Source: a virus (Duplodnaviria; Caudoviricetes). Taken from it: a stretch of DNA of 44,301 nucleotides. Below are positions 27,095-36,034 of the stretch, one piece after another. Where the stretch lies: IMG/VR virus record IMGVR_UViG_3300031965_000060, positions 1-44,301 of that record. One strand, written 5' to 3'. Below the pieces are notes generated by a model. That model was not told the origin of the DNA. It saw nothing but the letters and a program-made list of their open reading frames with translations, and did not search any database. Both the position numbers and the translations under genes were made by a program. Position 1 is the stretch's first letter. Each line of letters starts with the position of its first letter.

Positions 27095-27483
27095 CGGGTT
27101 TGGGACGTTCCGACCTGCGCCGTAAATCCTCGAACGAAGCGCGCGGTCAACGTCGTTTCGGTTCGGCTCGGTGTTTCCAAGCCCCAGGTCCAAGTTTTAT
27201 CCTGCGGATCCGCCGCGGCGCGGTCGATCCGATCGCCTTGGTTCAGCCGAGCGATTCCTCCGTACGACGCATCCGATTCATCGCGGAGCGCGACGACTTC
27301 GATCCGTTGCACCTGGTCGACCGTTTCGCCGAGCGATTCGCGCTGATCGCTCTCGTCCCGAATGATGACGGTCACGGTGCGCGGCGTGCCCCCGCGCGCC
27401 GGATGAAACGTGACCAACTCTCCATGCAGGTGCAACAGCGCCCGAATCCCGGTCGATCCGTAAATCTGGGAAAAACGACTCAT
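27091..27483 (-). CDS. Head-tail adaptor (gpFII-like)
   Basis: HGELVTFHP..RTVTVII...QGDRI motif, position after capsid. Confidence 0.75.
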   Translation of the reverse strand: MSRFSQIYGSTGIRALLHLHGELVTFHPARGGTPRTVTVIIRDESDQRESLGETVDQVQRIEVVALRDESDASYGGIARLNQGDRIDRAAADPQDKTWTWGLETPSRTETTLTARFVRGFTAQVGTSQTR

Positions 27484-27785
27484 TTGATCTGCGTCGCCTG
27501 CGCGGAGTGCATCGCGCGCAATCCCGATGCGGTCGTATTGTCGGTATGCACCTTGACCACGGGCACGGGGATCGTCATCCCGGCGACGCACGTCCACGTT
27601 TGCGAGGCGAACTCTGGTCCGTGGTCAACGACAACGTCTCCGGCAACTCCAACGTAGAGGAACACCGGCGAAACGAAATGAACGTCCGTTTCGCTCGCAT
27701 CGACCGCCTCACTGGCGACCGGTTGGACATCCAACACATCGCCGGAAGGCCCAACCAATAGTGATCTCGTACCGATGTAGCTCAT
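27480..27785 (-). CDS. Head spike base protein (RcGTA Rcc01079-like)
   Basis: LYVGVAGDVVV...VAGMTIPVPVVKVHTDNTTA resembles the Rcc01079 family as I recall it. Confidence 0.7.
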   Translation of the reverse strand: MSYIGTRSLLVGPSGDVLDVQPVASEAVDASETDVHFVSPVFLYVGVAGDVVVDHGPEFASQTWTCVAGMTIPVPVVKVHTDNTTASGLRAMHSAQATQIK

Positions 27786-27831
27786 CGCTTTGCCAGAGGT
27801 TGAGGTTAGTGGTTCGCGAACCAGACGATCG

Positions 27832-28830
27832 CTACGCCGTAACCGACGTTAGCAAGTGACCGCACTCCGGGTGCAAAATCTTGATGCCGTAATCGAGTCG
27901 CGCGCGGAGACGATAGCCGCGCGTTGCTTCGGTGCGGTACTCTTCCATGATGACCGCAGGTGTCCCTTCCTCTTCGCCGGGGAGCGAAGCGTTTTCTTCG
28001 TCCCACTGAATGGTTCGCCCGATCGTCGGTTCCATCGCCTCGAGCGACTCTTCCATGCCGATGTAACAGACCATCGCCATTGTCTGATCCCACATGCGCG
28101 ACAGGGACGCCGTTTGCCCGTCGTCGTTGGTGTTTTTGTGACTGCGGGCCACGAGAATCGTTTCGACCTCGAGCAAGTCCGCCAGCGCGGCGAGCGACAC
28201 GTTTTTCGGATCGTCGTGCCCGGAGTATTTCAGCCGATCCACGATCTGATCGCATCGCTTGATCCGCTTGATTGCAAAGTCTGTGGCGATGAGCGTGTTC
28301 GGCATCATCCCGATTCCCGCGCGCACTTTCTCGCCGGCGGCGTCGATGTCTCCGATCGGATCCGCCGAAGACTCCGTCGTCCACGGCGTCCCGACGGACG
28401 TGGTGAGCGCTGAACCGGTCCACGTGCTGGTGTTGAACACCGCGGTCGCGACCTCGTTCTCATACGCCGTGAGCACGCGATCGATCGCACGCTGCGTGTG
28501 AATCCGATCGGCGTTGATTTCACCGCGGTACATCGCGAGTTGGCGATCGTCGATTTCCTCTTCCACGCCGTGATCCAGCGTGACGTACGAATCCTGGTCC
28601 CATTCGAAATCACCACGGGTGTATTCACCCTTCGGCGCCCGGACGGTGTCTTCGACTTTGTTCAGAACGGACGCGATGGCGAGTCGTAGAAAGTTCGCCG
28701 ACTGATGGCCGACGACGGCGGGCGGCAGCACTTTCGCGCCAATGTATTTGCGGCGATTCGCGCGCGTGTCAAACTCTCCATACGACAGAGAGAGATCGAA
28801 GCGATTGATCGCGTTGGACGGTGTGGCCAT
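27832..28830 (-). CDS. Major capsid protein
   Basis: 332 aa, AGGAGG SD, DPIGDIDAA...GMMPNTLI motif, after protease and decoration genes. Confidence 0.88.
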   Translation of the reverse strand: MATPSNAINRFDLSLSYGEFDTRANRRKYIGAKVLPPAVVGHQSANFLRLAIASVLNKVEDTVRAPKGEYTRGDFEWDQDSYVTLDHGVEEEIDDRQLAMYRGEINADRIHTQRAIDRVLTAYENEVATAVFNTSTWTGSALTTSVGTPWTTESSADPIGDIDAAGEKVRAGIGMMPNTLIATDFAIKRIKRCDQIVDRLKYSGHDDPKNVSLAALADLLEVETILVARSHKNTNDDGQTASLSRMWDQTMAMVCYIGMEESLEAMEPTIGRTIQWDEENASLPGEEEGTPAVIMEEYRTEATRGYRLRARLDYGIKILHPECGHLLTSVTA

Positions 28831-28887
28831 GTGAAAACCTCCTGGGAAATTAAAGGTGAGCGGCTAAAGTCGGTGCGGGCCAAACCG

Positions 28888-29946
28888 CTACGCTACAGAA
28901 TTACGACCACACTGAACGCGAACACGATCCGCGCGAATGTCGTACGTCGTGTCGTTGGACGTTTTCTCGACGTGGACGATCGGCGTGAGTGTTCCGGTGT
29001 AATCGGAGACGTCGAACGTCGTGCCTGGCAAGAGTCGGATCCACGTTTCGCTCGTGACCGCGCGGTAGAAAAACTTGACGTCGCTCTTGTCCGTCACGTC
29101 GATCTTGAACGCATACCACGTGTCGTCGACGAGATCGACCGTCGTATCCGTCGCGGCCGTCTCGTTCGTTCCGTCGTCGCACTCGCACTTGAGCGATAAA
29201 TCGTTGCCGTCGAGGTGGACAAAGATCGACACGTCGATCAAGTCGGCGTCGGTCGCGTGCGTGTCGTCGGCCAGGCCGAAATTGATATCAAGCGCGGCGT
29301 GGTCGCCGATGTCGAAGACGGCCAGAAGGCATTCAAACACCGGCCCTCGATCGATGTCGAACGGCGCATTGGCCAGATATAGGGCGTTCGTGGCCGCTTC
29401 GGCCACGGCGTCCGCGGAAAATACGAGGACGCCGTCCGGATCGTCCGCGGGAATCACGCCAAGGCCGTTGGTTTCTGTCTTGGACCAGGCGTATTTTCCT
29501 TCGCCGCCGAGCGCGGTTCCGGCGGCCGGCCAATCGCCGAGGAAATCTTCGTCGAGGACGAGCGGCCCCGTGACGCTTCCGAGGTTGCCGAGGTCCGATC
29601 CGATGATGTTGCGCAGGACGTTGACGATCGACCCGTCGCCCGAAGCGGCTTGCCACGCGATGCCGATTTCGTTCGCGTTGCTCACGTCGTCGACCTTTCC
29701 GTCGGCCGCGGCGTAGACCCGCGCGAACTGGTCGAACGCGCCGGCGGCCACCATCTTGTGAAGGCCCGGCGCCGTGCGCGGCGTGAACGATCCAATTTCC
29801 CCCGCGGCCGTCGTTCGCGCATTGAGCGTTCCGATATCGTTATCCGAATCGCCCGACTTCGTGAGTTCGCCGCCGGAAACATGGACTCGAAGATACGGCG
29901 CATACGCCGCCGCGACGGGAAGTGTGGGAACGGCGTTCGCTTGCAT
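28888..29946 (-). CDS. Capsid decoration/cement protein (DUF2190-like) fused to beta-sandwich domain
   Basis: N-terminal VAAGAF...VYAAADGKV...IGIAWQAASGDGSIVNV, then ~240 aa acidic beta-rich extension; AGGAG SD before ATG 29946. Confidence 0.7.
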   Translation of the reverse strand: MQANAVPTLPVAAAYAPYLRVHVSGGELTKSGDSDNDIGTLNARTTAAGEIGSFTPRTAPGLHKMVAAGAFDQFARVYAAADGKVDDVSNANEIGIAWQAASGDGSIVNVLRNIIGSDLGNLGSVTGPLVLDEDFLGDWPAAGTALGGEGKYAWSKTETNGLGVIPADDPDGVLVFSADAVAEAATNALYLANAPFDIDRGPVFECLLAVFDIGDHAALDINFGLADDTHATDADLIDVSIFVHLDGNDLSLKCECDDGTNETAATDTTVDLVDDTWYAFKIDVTDKSDVKFFYRAVTSETWIRLLPGTTFDVSDYTGTLTPIVHVEKTSNDTTYDIRADRVRVQCGRNSVA

Positions 29947-30020
29947 GATGGAAACTCCTGATCGTGATTTTGGTGGAACGTTTTCTGCCTGCCGGCAGGT
30001 GTTGCCGTGGTTCCGGCGTG

Positions 30021-31403
30021 TTACTGCGCGGCGTCTTGCATTTCGAAGCGGTTTCTGAGCAAATCCTGCTTGAACTTGATCGGGTTCGTCGCGAGAAGGT
30101 ACGCGCGATGCAGTTGCGGGTTTCTCTTCGCGACGGCGCACGATGCTTCGAGACGGGTCATCTTCCGCGTGGTCACCAGCTCGCGCACCGCCGCGCCGAA
30201 TGCCTCGATCGGATCGTCGCACGATTCGTCCGTTTCGCCGGCGTCCGACGCTTTGCGCTCGGCGAGGTGTTTTGCCCCCTTCGGATCGTTCGCCGATGCG
30301 GCGCGGCGGTCCGATTCGTCGGCGCGCTGGGTGGCCGCGGCGAGTCGGGTGTTTTGCTCTTCGGTCCACGCGCTACGCGCCTGATCGAGCGTCGCTTTGC
30401 CGCGCAACTGGCCCATGATGAATTCGGCGTCGGCGCCGACGAGGCAGGTTTCCAAATCGTCGAGAGTTGCGGGAGTCGTGTCAGTCATTTTCTTGCTCTC
30501 CGGAACGTGGTCAGTGAATGAACGATTTGCGGGACGCGAGCCGGCGGATTGGGTCGCTTTGCGGAGGCGCGCGAGTGTGTCGTCGGCCGATTCGATCGCG
30601 TCGATGAGCCCGAGCCGTTTCGCATCGCTCGCCGTTTGCAAGCGCCCGTCGGCCAGTCTGCGCACGTCGGCCATCGATAGATTCCGGCCCGTGGATACGG
30701 CCTTCAAAAAGAACGAGTTGCACTCGTCGACGATCCGTTGCACCTCGGCGATTTGTTCGTCGGTCAGCTTGGTTCCGGGCGTTCCCATTCCCTTGTAGTC
30801 ACCCGCGCGAATGACGCGCACGACCCGCCCCTCCCTGCCCGCCATTTCGGACGTGTCATGCACTTCGCAGTACGTGCCGATCGATCCGACGAGCGCGCTG
30901 TCGTTCGATGCAATCCGAGTTGAAGCCGCCGCGATGAAATAAGCCGCGGAAGCACACAAATCCTCGACGGCTGCATATGTCGGCTTCACGGAAGCTGCGG
31001 CAGCCACGTCGTCGGCAAGCGCCTTGGTTCCTGAGAACGTTCCGCCGGGCGAATCGATCAACAACAGGATGCCCGCGATGTGCGGATCGCTCGCCGCTTT
31101 CCGGACCGCACGGCGCGCGAGGACCGTGCTAGTCGATTCGCCGAGCGACGTCTCGCCCTTCATCAGCGTGCCGCGCAGCTCCACAATCGCGATGTCGCCG
31201 TCGACAACGACAGCATCGCCCGGCGTGCGCGCGCGAACGTTTCCATTACTCTGTCGGATGTGGAGTGCGAGATCGAAATCGCGAACGTACGCAACCGCCC
31301 GCAGGATCGTGGCCTCGTGGATCGCCCATAGCCCAAAATAGTCTTGGATGTTCGGCACGCGGCCGTCGAGGGCGAGGGAATCGAGCGTCAGATCAATCGT
31401 CAT
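30021..31403 (-). CDS. S49 (lambda gpC-like) prohead protease with C-terminal scaffold
   Basis: IDSPGG, CASAAYFIA, VGSIG, AGDYK, LGLIDAI; possible nested Nu3-like start MTDTT at 30488 with GGAG SD. Confidence 0.92.
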   Translation of the reverse strand: MTIDLTLDSLALDGRVPNIQDYFGLWAIHEATILRAVAYVRDFDLALHIRQSNGNVRARTPGDAVVVDGDIAIVELRGTLMKGETSLGESTSTVLARRAVRKAASDPHIAGILLLIDSPGGTFSGTKALADDVAAAASVKPTYAAVEDLCASAAYFIAAASTRIASNDSALVGSIGTYCEVHDTSEMAGREGRVVRVIRAGDYKGMGTPGTKLTDEQIAEVQRIVDECNSFFLKAVSTGRNLSMADVRRLADGRLQTASDAKRLGLIDAIESADDTLARLRKATQSAGSRPANRSFTDHVPESKKMTDTTPATLDDLETCLVGADAEFIMGQLRGKATLDQARSAWTEEQNTRLAAATQRADESDRRAASANDPKGAKHLAERKASDAGETDESCDDPIEAFGAAVRELVTTRKMTRLEASCAVAKRNPQLHRAYLLATNPIKFKQDLLRNRFEMQDAAQ

Positions 31404-32976
31404 CCGGCGATTCCTCCGTCTGCGATGCATCGCCGCCGCTGGGCGAATCGAGCGAAAGACGCAAGCCCTCGGCCACGGGCAGGCTGCACAGTTCGCGCCA
31501 CGACACCGGGTGCCCGTCGTCGGCAAATTCCGCGTTGATTTCCCGCGCCACTTGCTTCGCCCGGCGAATAATGAGCGCGTTGTCTGCCACGATCTCCGGC
31601 GCCAATTCGTCCCAATCGCGCCCGCGGCGGGCATGAACCCGGCGATGGCTGTTGAGCGCGTTGCGCGTCTGAATCAGATCGGCCGACGCGTCTTTCACCG
31701 GCTCGATGTACGACCATTCGGGCGGTCGCCAATCGTGCGCGAAGATCGCCTCGCCGAGCGTCGCGTGCGCTCGGCGTAGTTCCGGATCCTCGTTGATCCA
31801 CTGACGCACTTTCCATCGATAAATCGGCCGATGGAACCGCGCAACCATCCACTGTTGGATTGCACGAAACCCGACGCGCGCCTGATCCATCGCGCCGCGC
31901 CAACCGCTGAAATTCGTGTTGCTCGGATCGAGTAAAAGGACCGCGACGGGCAAATGGAGATTGACCGCGATAATAGAAAGCATCATCATCGCGTGTTTGA
32001 AAAATTCGGGGTTCGGCACGTTCGCGGAGAACCCTTCCATTTTCACGCCGGGCGGCAACCGAACGTGCATGGCCGCGCCGATCTTCGACGTGGTTCCCGT
32101 CGTTCCGTCGCCAAAATCGATCGTGTCCCGTCGCCCCAAGCTCCTGCCGCCGCTCGGCGGCGCGACTTCTTTGTCGCGCTCTTCGATCAGCGCGATCATG
32201 CTGGTAGCCTGCGCCTGCACTAACTTCGCGAATTGAATATCGTCGTGCATTCCCGCGACGTCGGCGACCGGTGCAAGCGTCGTCACGCCGCGCGTTTGCG
32301 ACGTCCGGCGCGGATCGTAGACGTGCAACACTTGCCGGTTCCCGTCGCTGTCGCGCGTCAGAACTGGATTCGTGTCGCGCAACAACACGTTGCGCATCGG
32401 GTCGACGTCTTCGACGCAGTAAAAATACTCCTCGCGCCGTCGCGTCGGCGAGAGCCGCACACCATGCACAATGTTGCGCTTCGTCCGATGCGGCGTACGG
32501 CAACGGTGCGCTTCCATGAGTTGGAGTTGCGGAGCGATGAGCGGCATGATGCCGTGGTGGTCGCCGTCGACGATCGTCTGACGCAGCGTGAGTCGTTCGA
32601 GGCCATGAAAATCTTGTTCGCCGGCGGCGTCGCAGAGTTCCGGATCGCCCGCCCAACGTTTCCACTTCTCCTTGAGATGCGTATCGATTTCCGGATTCCC
32701 GGTCGCCGGATCCGGTTTGATCCCATCCTGCAAGCAGTTTTCGATGAGTCGCGTCACTCCCTGGCCGACGATCATGTTGTTGCGATCGAAGTCCCGCGCA
32801 AGCTCCATCACGCGCATAAACGCGCCGTCGTTGCGATAATGCCAGTCCGCGGAATGCCCGATCGCACCGACGCCCGATCGTCGCCGGCGAAAGCGACCTT
32901 CGCGCGCGGCGTCGTAGTCCGAGCGCATCGATTCCCAATGCTCGGCGACGTTCCAACCGTAGCTTTGTCCGGCCAT
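31393..32976 (-). CDS. Portal protein, lambda family
   Basis: ARDFDRNN, GV......GR..EY, Q.RGV..LAP, D.S.TNFS..R, IEPVKD motifs. Confidence 0.93.
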   Translation of the reverse strand: MAGQSYGWNVAEHWESMRSDYDAAREGRFRRRRSGVGAIGHSADWHYRNDGAFMRVMELARDFDRNNMIVGQGVTRLIENCLQDGIKPDPATGNPEIDTHLKEKWKRWAGDPELCDAAGEQDFHGLERLTLRQTIVDGDHHGIMPLIAPQLQLMEAHRCRTPHRTKRNIVHGVRLSPTRRREEYFYCVEDVDPMRNVLLRDTNPVLTRDSDGNRQVLHVYDPRRTSQTRGVTTLAPVADVAGMHDDIQFAKLVQAQATSMIALIEERDKEVAPPSGGRSLGRRDTIDFGDGTTGTTSKIGAAMHVRLPPGVKMEGFSANVPNPEFFKHAMMMLSIIAVNLHLPVAVLLLDPSNTNFSGWRGAMDQARVGFRAIQQWMVARFHRPIYRWKVRQWINEDPELRRAHATLGEAIFAHDWRPPEWSYIEPVKDASADLIQTRNALNSHRRVHARRGRDWDELAPEIVADNALIIRRAKQVAREINAEFADDGHPVSWRELCSLPVAEGLRLSLDSPSGGDASQTEESPDDD

Positions 32977-32994
32977 TCACACGTGCGAGTCCTG

Positions 32995-33279
32995 TTAGTC
33001 GCGGATTGCCGAGAGGTCGAGATAGTCGACGTGCGAATCGGTCGCTCGTTCGCTGATCCATCGGCGCGCCTCGATTAACTCCGCCTTGATTTGCGCCGGG
33101 TCGATTTCGTAACTTTCGCCGCTCTTCGTCGCGGACTTCGGAATCAGAAGTAAGAGCATTCGGCAGGCCGTGACGAATGTTGCGGCCTTCTCCAGGTCGC
33201 CGTCTTCTTCGTACGACGCGCTATCGAGGTACGCGGCGCGAACGTCATCGATCGTGCTGGCCGACGTCAGCGTGCTCAT
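32995..33279 (-). CDS. Head completion/head-tail joining protein (gpW position)
   Basis: Small ORF immediately upstream of portal. Confidence 0.6.
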   Translation of the reverse strand: MSTLTSASTIDDVRAAYLDSASYEEDGDLEKAATFVTACRMLLLLIPKSATKSGESYEIDPAQIKAELIEARRWISERATDSHVDYLDLSAIRD

Positions 33280-33411
33280 GTACACACATTGGTCAGGTTG
33301 ACTCGAATGCGCCTAGAGATTTTCGAGCGCCCGAACCTCGGACCGTTCGGATCGCTCGGGCGCGTCCCCTACCAGAATGAGGGGATGTGAGAAGATAAGG
33401 CGGGCGGTTTT

Positions 33412-33514
33412 GCCACGGCAGAGCCCGCAGCTCAGTCACGCGGACCGCTGCCGTCGAGTCACGGTGGCCAGCCTGGCTCAGTCACACCGTGACAACCCGG
33501 GTTGTCACGGTGTG
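33412..33514. repeat. 23-bp-phased GTCAC array ending in a perfect 32-bp palindrome
   Basis: GTCAC at 33435, 33458, 33481, 33504 (GCCAC at 33412); palindrome 33483-33514. Confidence 0.8.
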
Positions 33515-33900
33515 TTCGTTTCATCGCCGGAGTTCGGCGCAAGCGACGTTATTTTCGCCTTGGGCCAGGCGGGCTTGACGTCGACGAACGATGGTCGCGT
33601 GCCGTCGGATATTACGGTCGTGACCGAAACGTCAATCTGATACGCGACCCCCGAAGGCGAATCTTTTCCGTAAACTTGCCGAAACAGGTTCACCGCTGGA
33701 TGATTTTCGGCCTCGTCGAGGAGCGTGCGCTCCGCGGCGTTGAGGATCGCGTAACATGTGGCCAAGTGCTCCACGAGGCTCCAGGTCACGATTTTATCTC
33801 GGCCCAGGTTGTGTCGGATGTTCCTGAGCGTTTTGTCCGCCGACGCGAGTAAGGCGTTGTAGCAGCTTTCCGATTCAGTTTGGGGGTACTTCTGGCTCAT
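33505..33900 (-). CDS. Hypothetical protein
   Basis: AGGAG SD in a 19-bp start-associated repeat; 131 aa. Confidence 0.7.
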   Translation of the reverse strand: MSQKYPQTESESCYNALLASADKTLRNIRHNLGRDKIVTWSLVEHLATCYAILNAAERTLLDEAENHPAVNLFRQVYGKDSPSGVAYQIDVSVTTVISDGTRPSFVDVKPAWPKAKITSLAPNSGDETNTP

Positions 33901-34093
33901 CGCGTTCGTTCTCCTCGATGAATAATGGGGTCGCGACATACACGGTCCTGTGATATTCGAACGGTACAAGCCTCTCGCCGAAGAGACGGGCGGCTTTGCT
34001 GTCGTCGTCAAGCGCATCCATAGAGTGATACATGGCCAACCGTTCCACGTCGCGCATCGCTCTCGGATCGGGCATCATTCCTGTCTCGTTCAT
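33875..34093 (-). CDS. Hypothetical protein
   Basis: Starts at second copy of the 19-bp RBS repeat; 72 aa. Confidence 0.55.
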   Translation of the reverse strand: MNETGMMPDPRAMRDVERLAMYHSMDALDDDSKAARLFGERLVPFEYHRTVYVATPLFIEENERDEPEVPPN

Positions 34094-34108
34094 CGCGTTC
34101 GTTCTCCT
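33897..34108 (-). repeat. Two identical 19-bp RBS/start repeats
   Basis: AGGAGAACGAACGCGATGA (minus) at 33897-33915 and 34090-34108. Confidence 0.9.
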
Positions 34109-34453
34109 TGTAAGGTTGGCTGTAGGGGGTGGCGCTTTTCCACTTCGTCTTTCGCTGCACGCACAGTCGGCCGTTCCCCCGCCCCATGCTCTTCCAACTG
34201 GCCGCCAGTCTTATAGGAAATGAAACCACCGGGCATGCAAAACGTGGCTGTCCCGTCGCCGTTTTCCCTGACCATGCCGTGAAACCGCCGAGAGCCGGCA
34301 GGCCCCTCGAATTGCCAGACATCGTGCCCCGTATTTATCCATCGAGAATGCGTATTCGCCGATCCGCGGCAGCGCGTCGACGGGAATGCTTTCGTCAACA
34401 CAAAAACCTCGAAATGGTTCCTCTCGCGGGACGTAAGCCAAACGAATGTTCAT
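34090..34453 (-). CDS. Hypothetical protein(s), possibly one frameshifted gene
   Basis: ORF from ATG 34453 (TGATG-coupled) stops at 34211; an overlapping frame runs to the ATGA at 34090. Confidence 0.35.
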
Positions 34454-34686
34454 CAGTTCAATCCTTGTTGTTTTTTTCCGGACCGCTTGCGCGTCGTCCG
34501 AATTTCGACGTTCAATCCGAGCGCGGCGGCGACGCGCTCGACGGTTTCGATTCTTGCGGGGACGTCCCGCTCGAGCCGCGAAATGGTCATTTCGGATACG
34601 CCGCAACGCGCGGCGACGTCCGCCATCGTCCGCGTCCCGCGCGCCGCGCGAAGGCGCTCGCCCAGCGATTGTTTGCTTTTTTTCAT
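34453..34686 (-). CDS. XRE-family HTH protein
   Basis: LGERLRAAR...MADVAARCGVSEMTISRLER...IETVERVAAALG. Confidence 0.92.
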   Translation of the reverse strand: MKKSKQSLGERLRAARGTRTMADVAARCGVSEMTISRLERDVPARIETVERVAAALGLNVEIRTTRKRSGKKQQGLN

Positions 34687-35066
34687 CGTGCATCCAAAAT
34701 GGTTTGACAGTCCCACATCCGCTGCCGGCCGCGGCAGGGGATCGGCTCGGCTAGTTTTCTGACGTTTTCGAGGATGAAACACCACGGCCCGACGGCGAAC
34801 GGATCGTCGAACACGTCGCTTTCTCCGTACCGCCGGCAGTCGACCAAATCGCAGACGGCGACGATCGCCCCGAACGTCAGATCATCCGGCGGTCGATGCC
34901 CCAGGCGGCGCAGATCGAGCCAGCCGCGCGTGATCCATTGCGCCCCTTTGCCCGCATGAATCGCAAGCGGCCCGCGGTAGGAGGTCGGCCACGTCCGATT
35001 CTCAACGCGCTTGATCCCCTCCGCGATCGCCCACGCCCACGGCTGGCAGATGGTGAGTGCTTTCAT
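34683..35066 (-). CDS. ASCH-domain protein
   Basis: MKALTICQPWAWAIAEGIKRVENRTW..YRGPLAIHAG...CRGRQRMW. Confidence 0.92.
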   Translation of the reverse strand: MKALTICQPWAWAIAEGIKRVENRTWPTSYRGPLAIHAGKGAQWITRGWLDLRRLGHRPPDDLTFGAIVAVCDLVDCRRYGESDVFDDPFAVGPWCFILENVRKLAEPIPCRGRQRMWDCQTILDAR

Positions 35067-35074
35067 GTCTTGGT

Positions 35075-35122
35075 TTGGGGTGAAACCACTACTCAAAAAA
35101 AGGGGCCGGCCGGGTCACTCGG
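35075..35122 (-). repeat. Bipartite gene-junction repeat, copy 1
   Basis: TTGGGGTGAAACCACTA 35075-35091 and GCCGGGTCACTCGG 35109-35122. Confidence 0.85.
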
Positions 35123-35615
35123 TCTCTGCGAGCGTTGCCAGCGCCGAATCCATGCGCGCTAGCAAAGCGGGCTCAACCTCTTCGCGCGAAATGCTTTCGA
35201 CGAAAAAAGAATCCGGCACCGCACCGCTCTCAATTTCTTCGATTATTTGACGCGCGAGGTCATTACTCTGCGCTACGCCCAATTTCGTCGCCGTCTCCAG
35301 CATCGCCTGGGCCGCGCGGTCGCACAACTCGCAGAGCCACGGCGGCGGGTTCTCGGCGTGCGTGACGACGAGCCCGGCGGAATAGCCATAGCGCACGCCG
35401 GAAATGACTTGGCCGACACCCTGACGGTGACGGCCGCCGTTCCAATCGTGGAAAAATCGACTCGCGACGCATTCGGCGCGCGCGTCAGATTGCACTACGT
35501 CCGCGCCGGCCTCGAATATCTCCTGCGCCTCTTCCGCCAGGCTGTTGCCGTCGCGCACGAAATGTCCGTCCGTGAGAGTCTCATCGTTCGCGCAAATGTA
35601 GATCGTTGTCGTCAT
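35115..35615 (-). CDS. Hypothetical protein
   Basis: GGAG SD before ATG 35615; 166 aa; stop lies inside junction repeat. Confidence 0.75.
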   Translation of the reverse strand: MTTTIYICANDETLTDGHFVRDGNSLAEEAQEIFEAGADVVQSDARAECVASRFFHDWNGGRHRQGVGQVISGVRYGYSAGLVVTHAENPPPWLCELCDRAAQAMLETATKLGVAQSNDLARQIIEEIESGAVPDSFFVESISREEVEPALLARMDSALATLAETE

Positions 35616-35632
35616 CGTTCGTCTCCATTCGG

Positions 35633-35697
35633 TTGGGGTGAAACCACTAAGTAAGACGGCAGCGCGCCGCGAACGGCGCGTTCGCCGGGTCACTCGG
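35633..35697 (-). repeat. Bipartite gene-junction repeat, copy 2
   Basis: TTGGGGTGAAACCACTA 35633-35649 and GCCGGGTCACTCGG 35684-35697. Confidence 0.85.
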
Positions 35698-35866
35698 GGA
35701 CGATTTCATAGTTCGTATTTAAGCGATTGATCATCGACACATACATGGCATGGATCGCTTTGAATTCTTCGCCGTTGCGCTTCAGGTAAGCGGAGTATTC
35801 CGTGAGCGCATCGGGATCGCCACCTTTGCAGGCATCCAAATAGGCTTCTTCCGATTTCGTCGTCAT
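35690..35866 (-). CDS. Small hypothetical protein (58 aa)
   Basis: Not in ORF track; MTTKSEEAYLDACKGGDPDALTEYSAYLKRNGEE...IVPE; AAGGA SD within promoter repeat. Confidence 0.7.
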   Translation of the reverse strand: MTTKSEEAYLDACKGGDPDALTEYSAYLKRNGEEFKAIHAMYVSMINRLNTNYEIVPE

Positions 35867-36034
35867 CGTTCTTTTCCTTGGTTTGGCGTGTCGTGACTTG
35901 TTTTTCTTCGGTCGATTCTAACCGCTGAAGTTAGTGATGCAAGCGCAAAAACCGAAGAATTCCTGGAATTGTTGCCCGTGGGGCGCTTGCGCGGGTGCGT
36001 GGATACGTAAGTTCCTTGGGGGCAAGGACTTGCG
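35864..36034 (-). promoter_or_regulatory. 171-bp promoter/leader repeat, copy 1
   Basis: 11-7-11 inverted site 36006-36034, TTGCAT-16-TAGAAT (35942-35915), AAGGA SD, ATG. Confidence 0.85.

Noticed and set aside
33412-33508. Phased array as a mini-CRISPR
   Set aside because: Conserved core is only 5-9 bp with a 23-bp period, too short for repeat-spacer units
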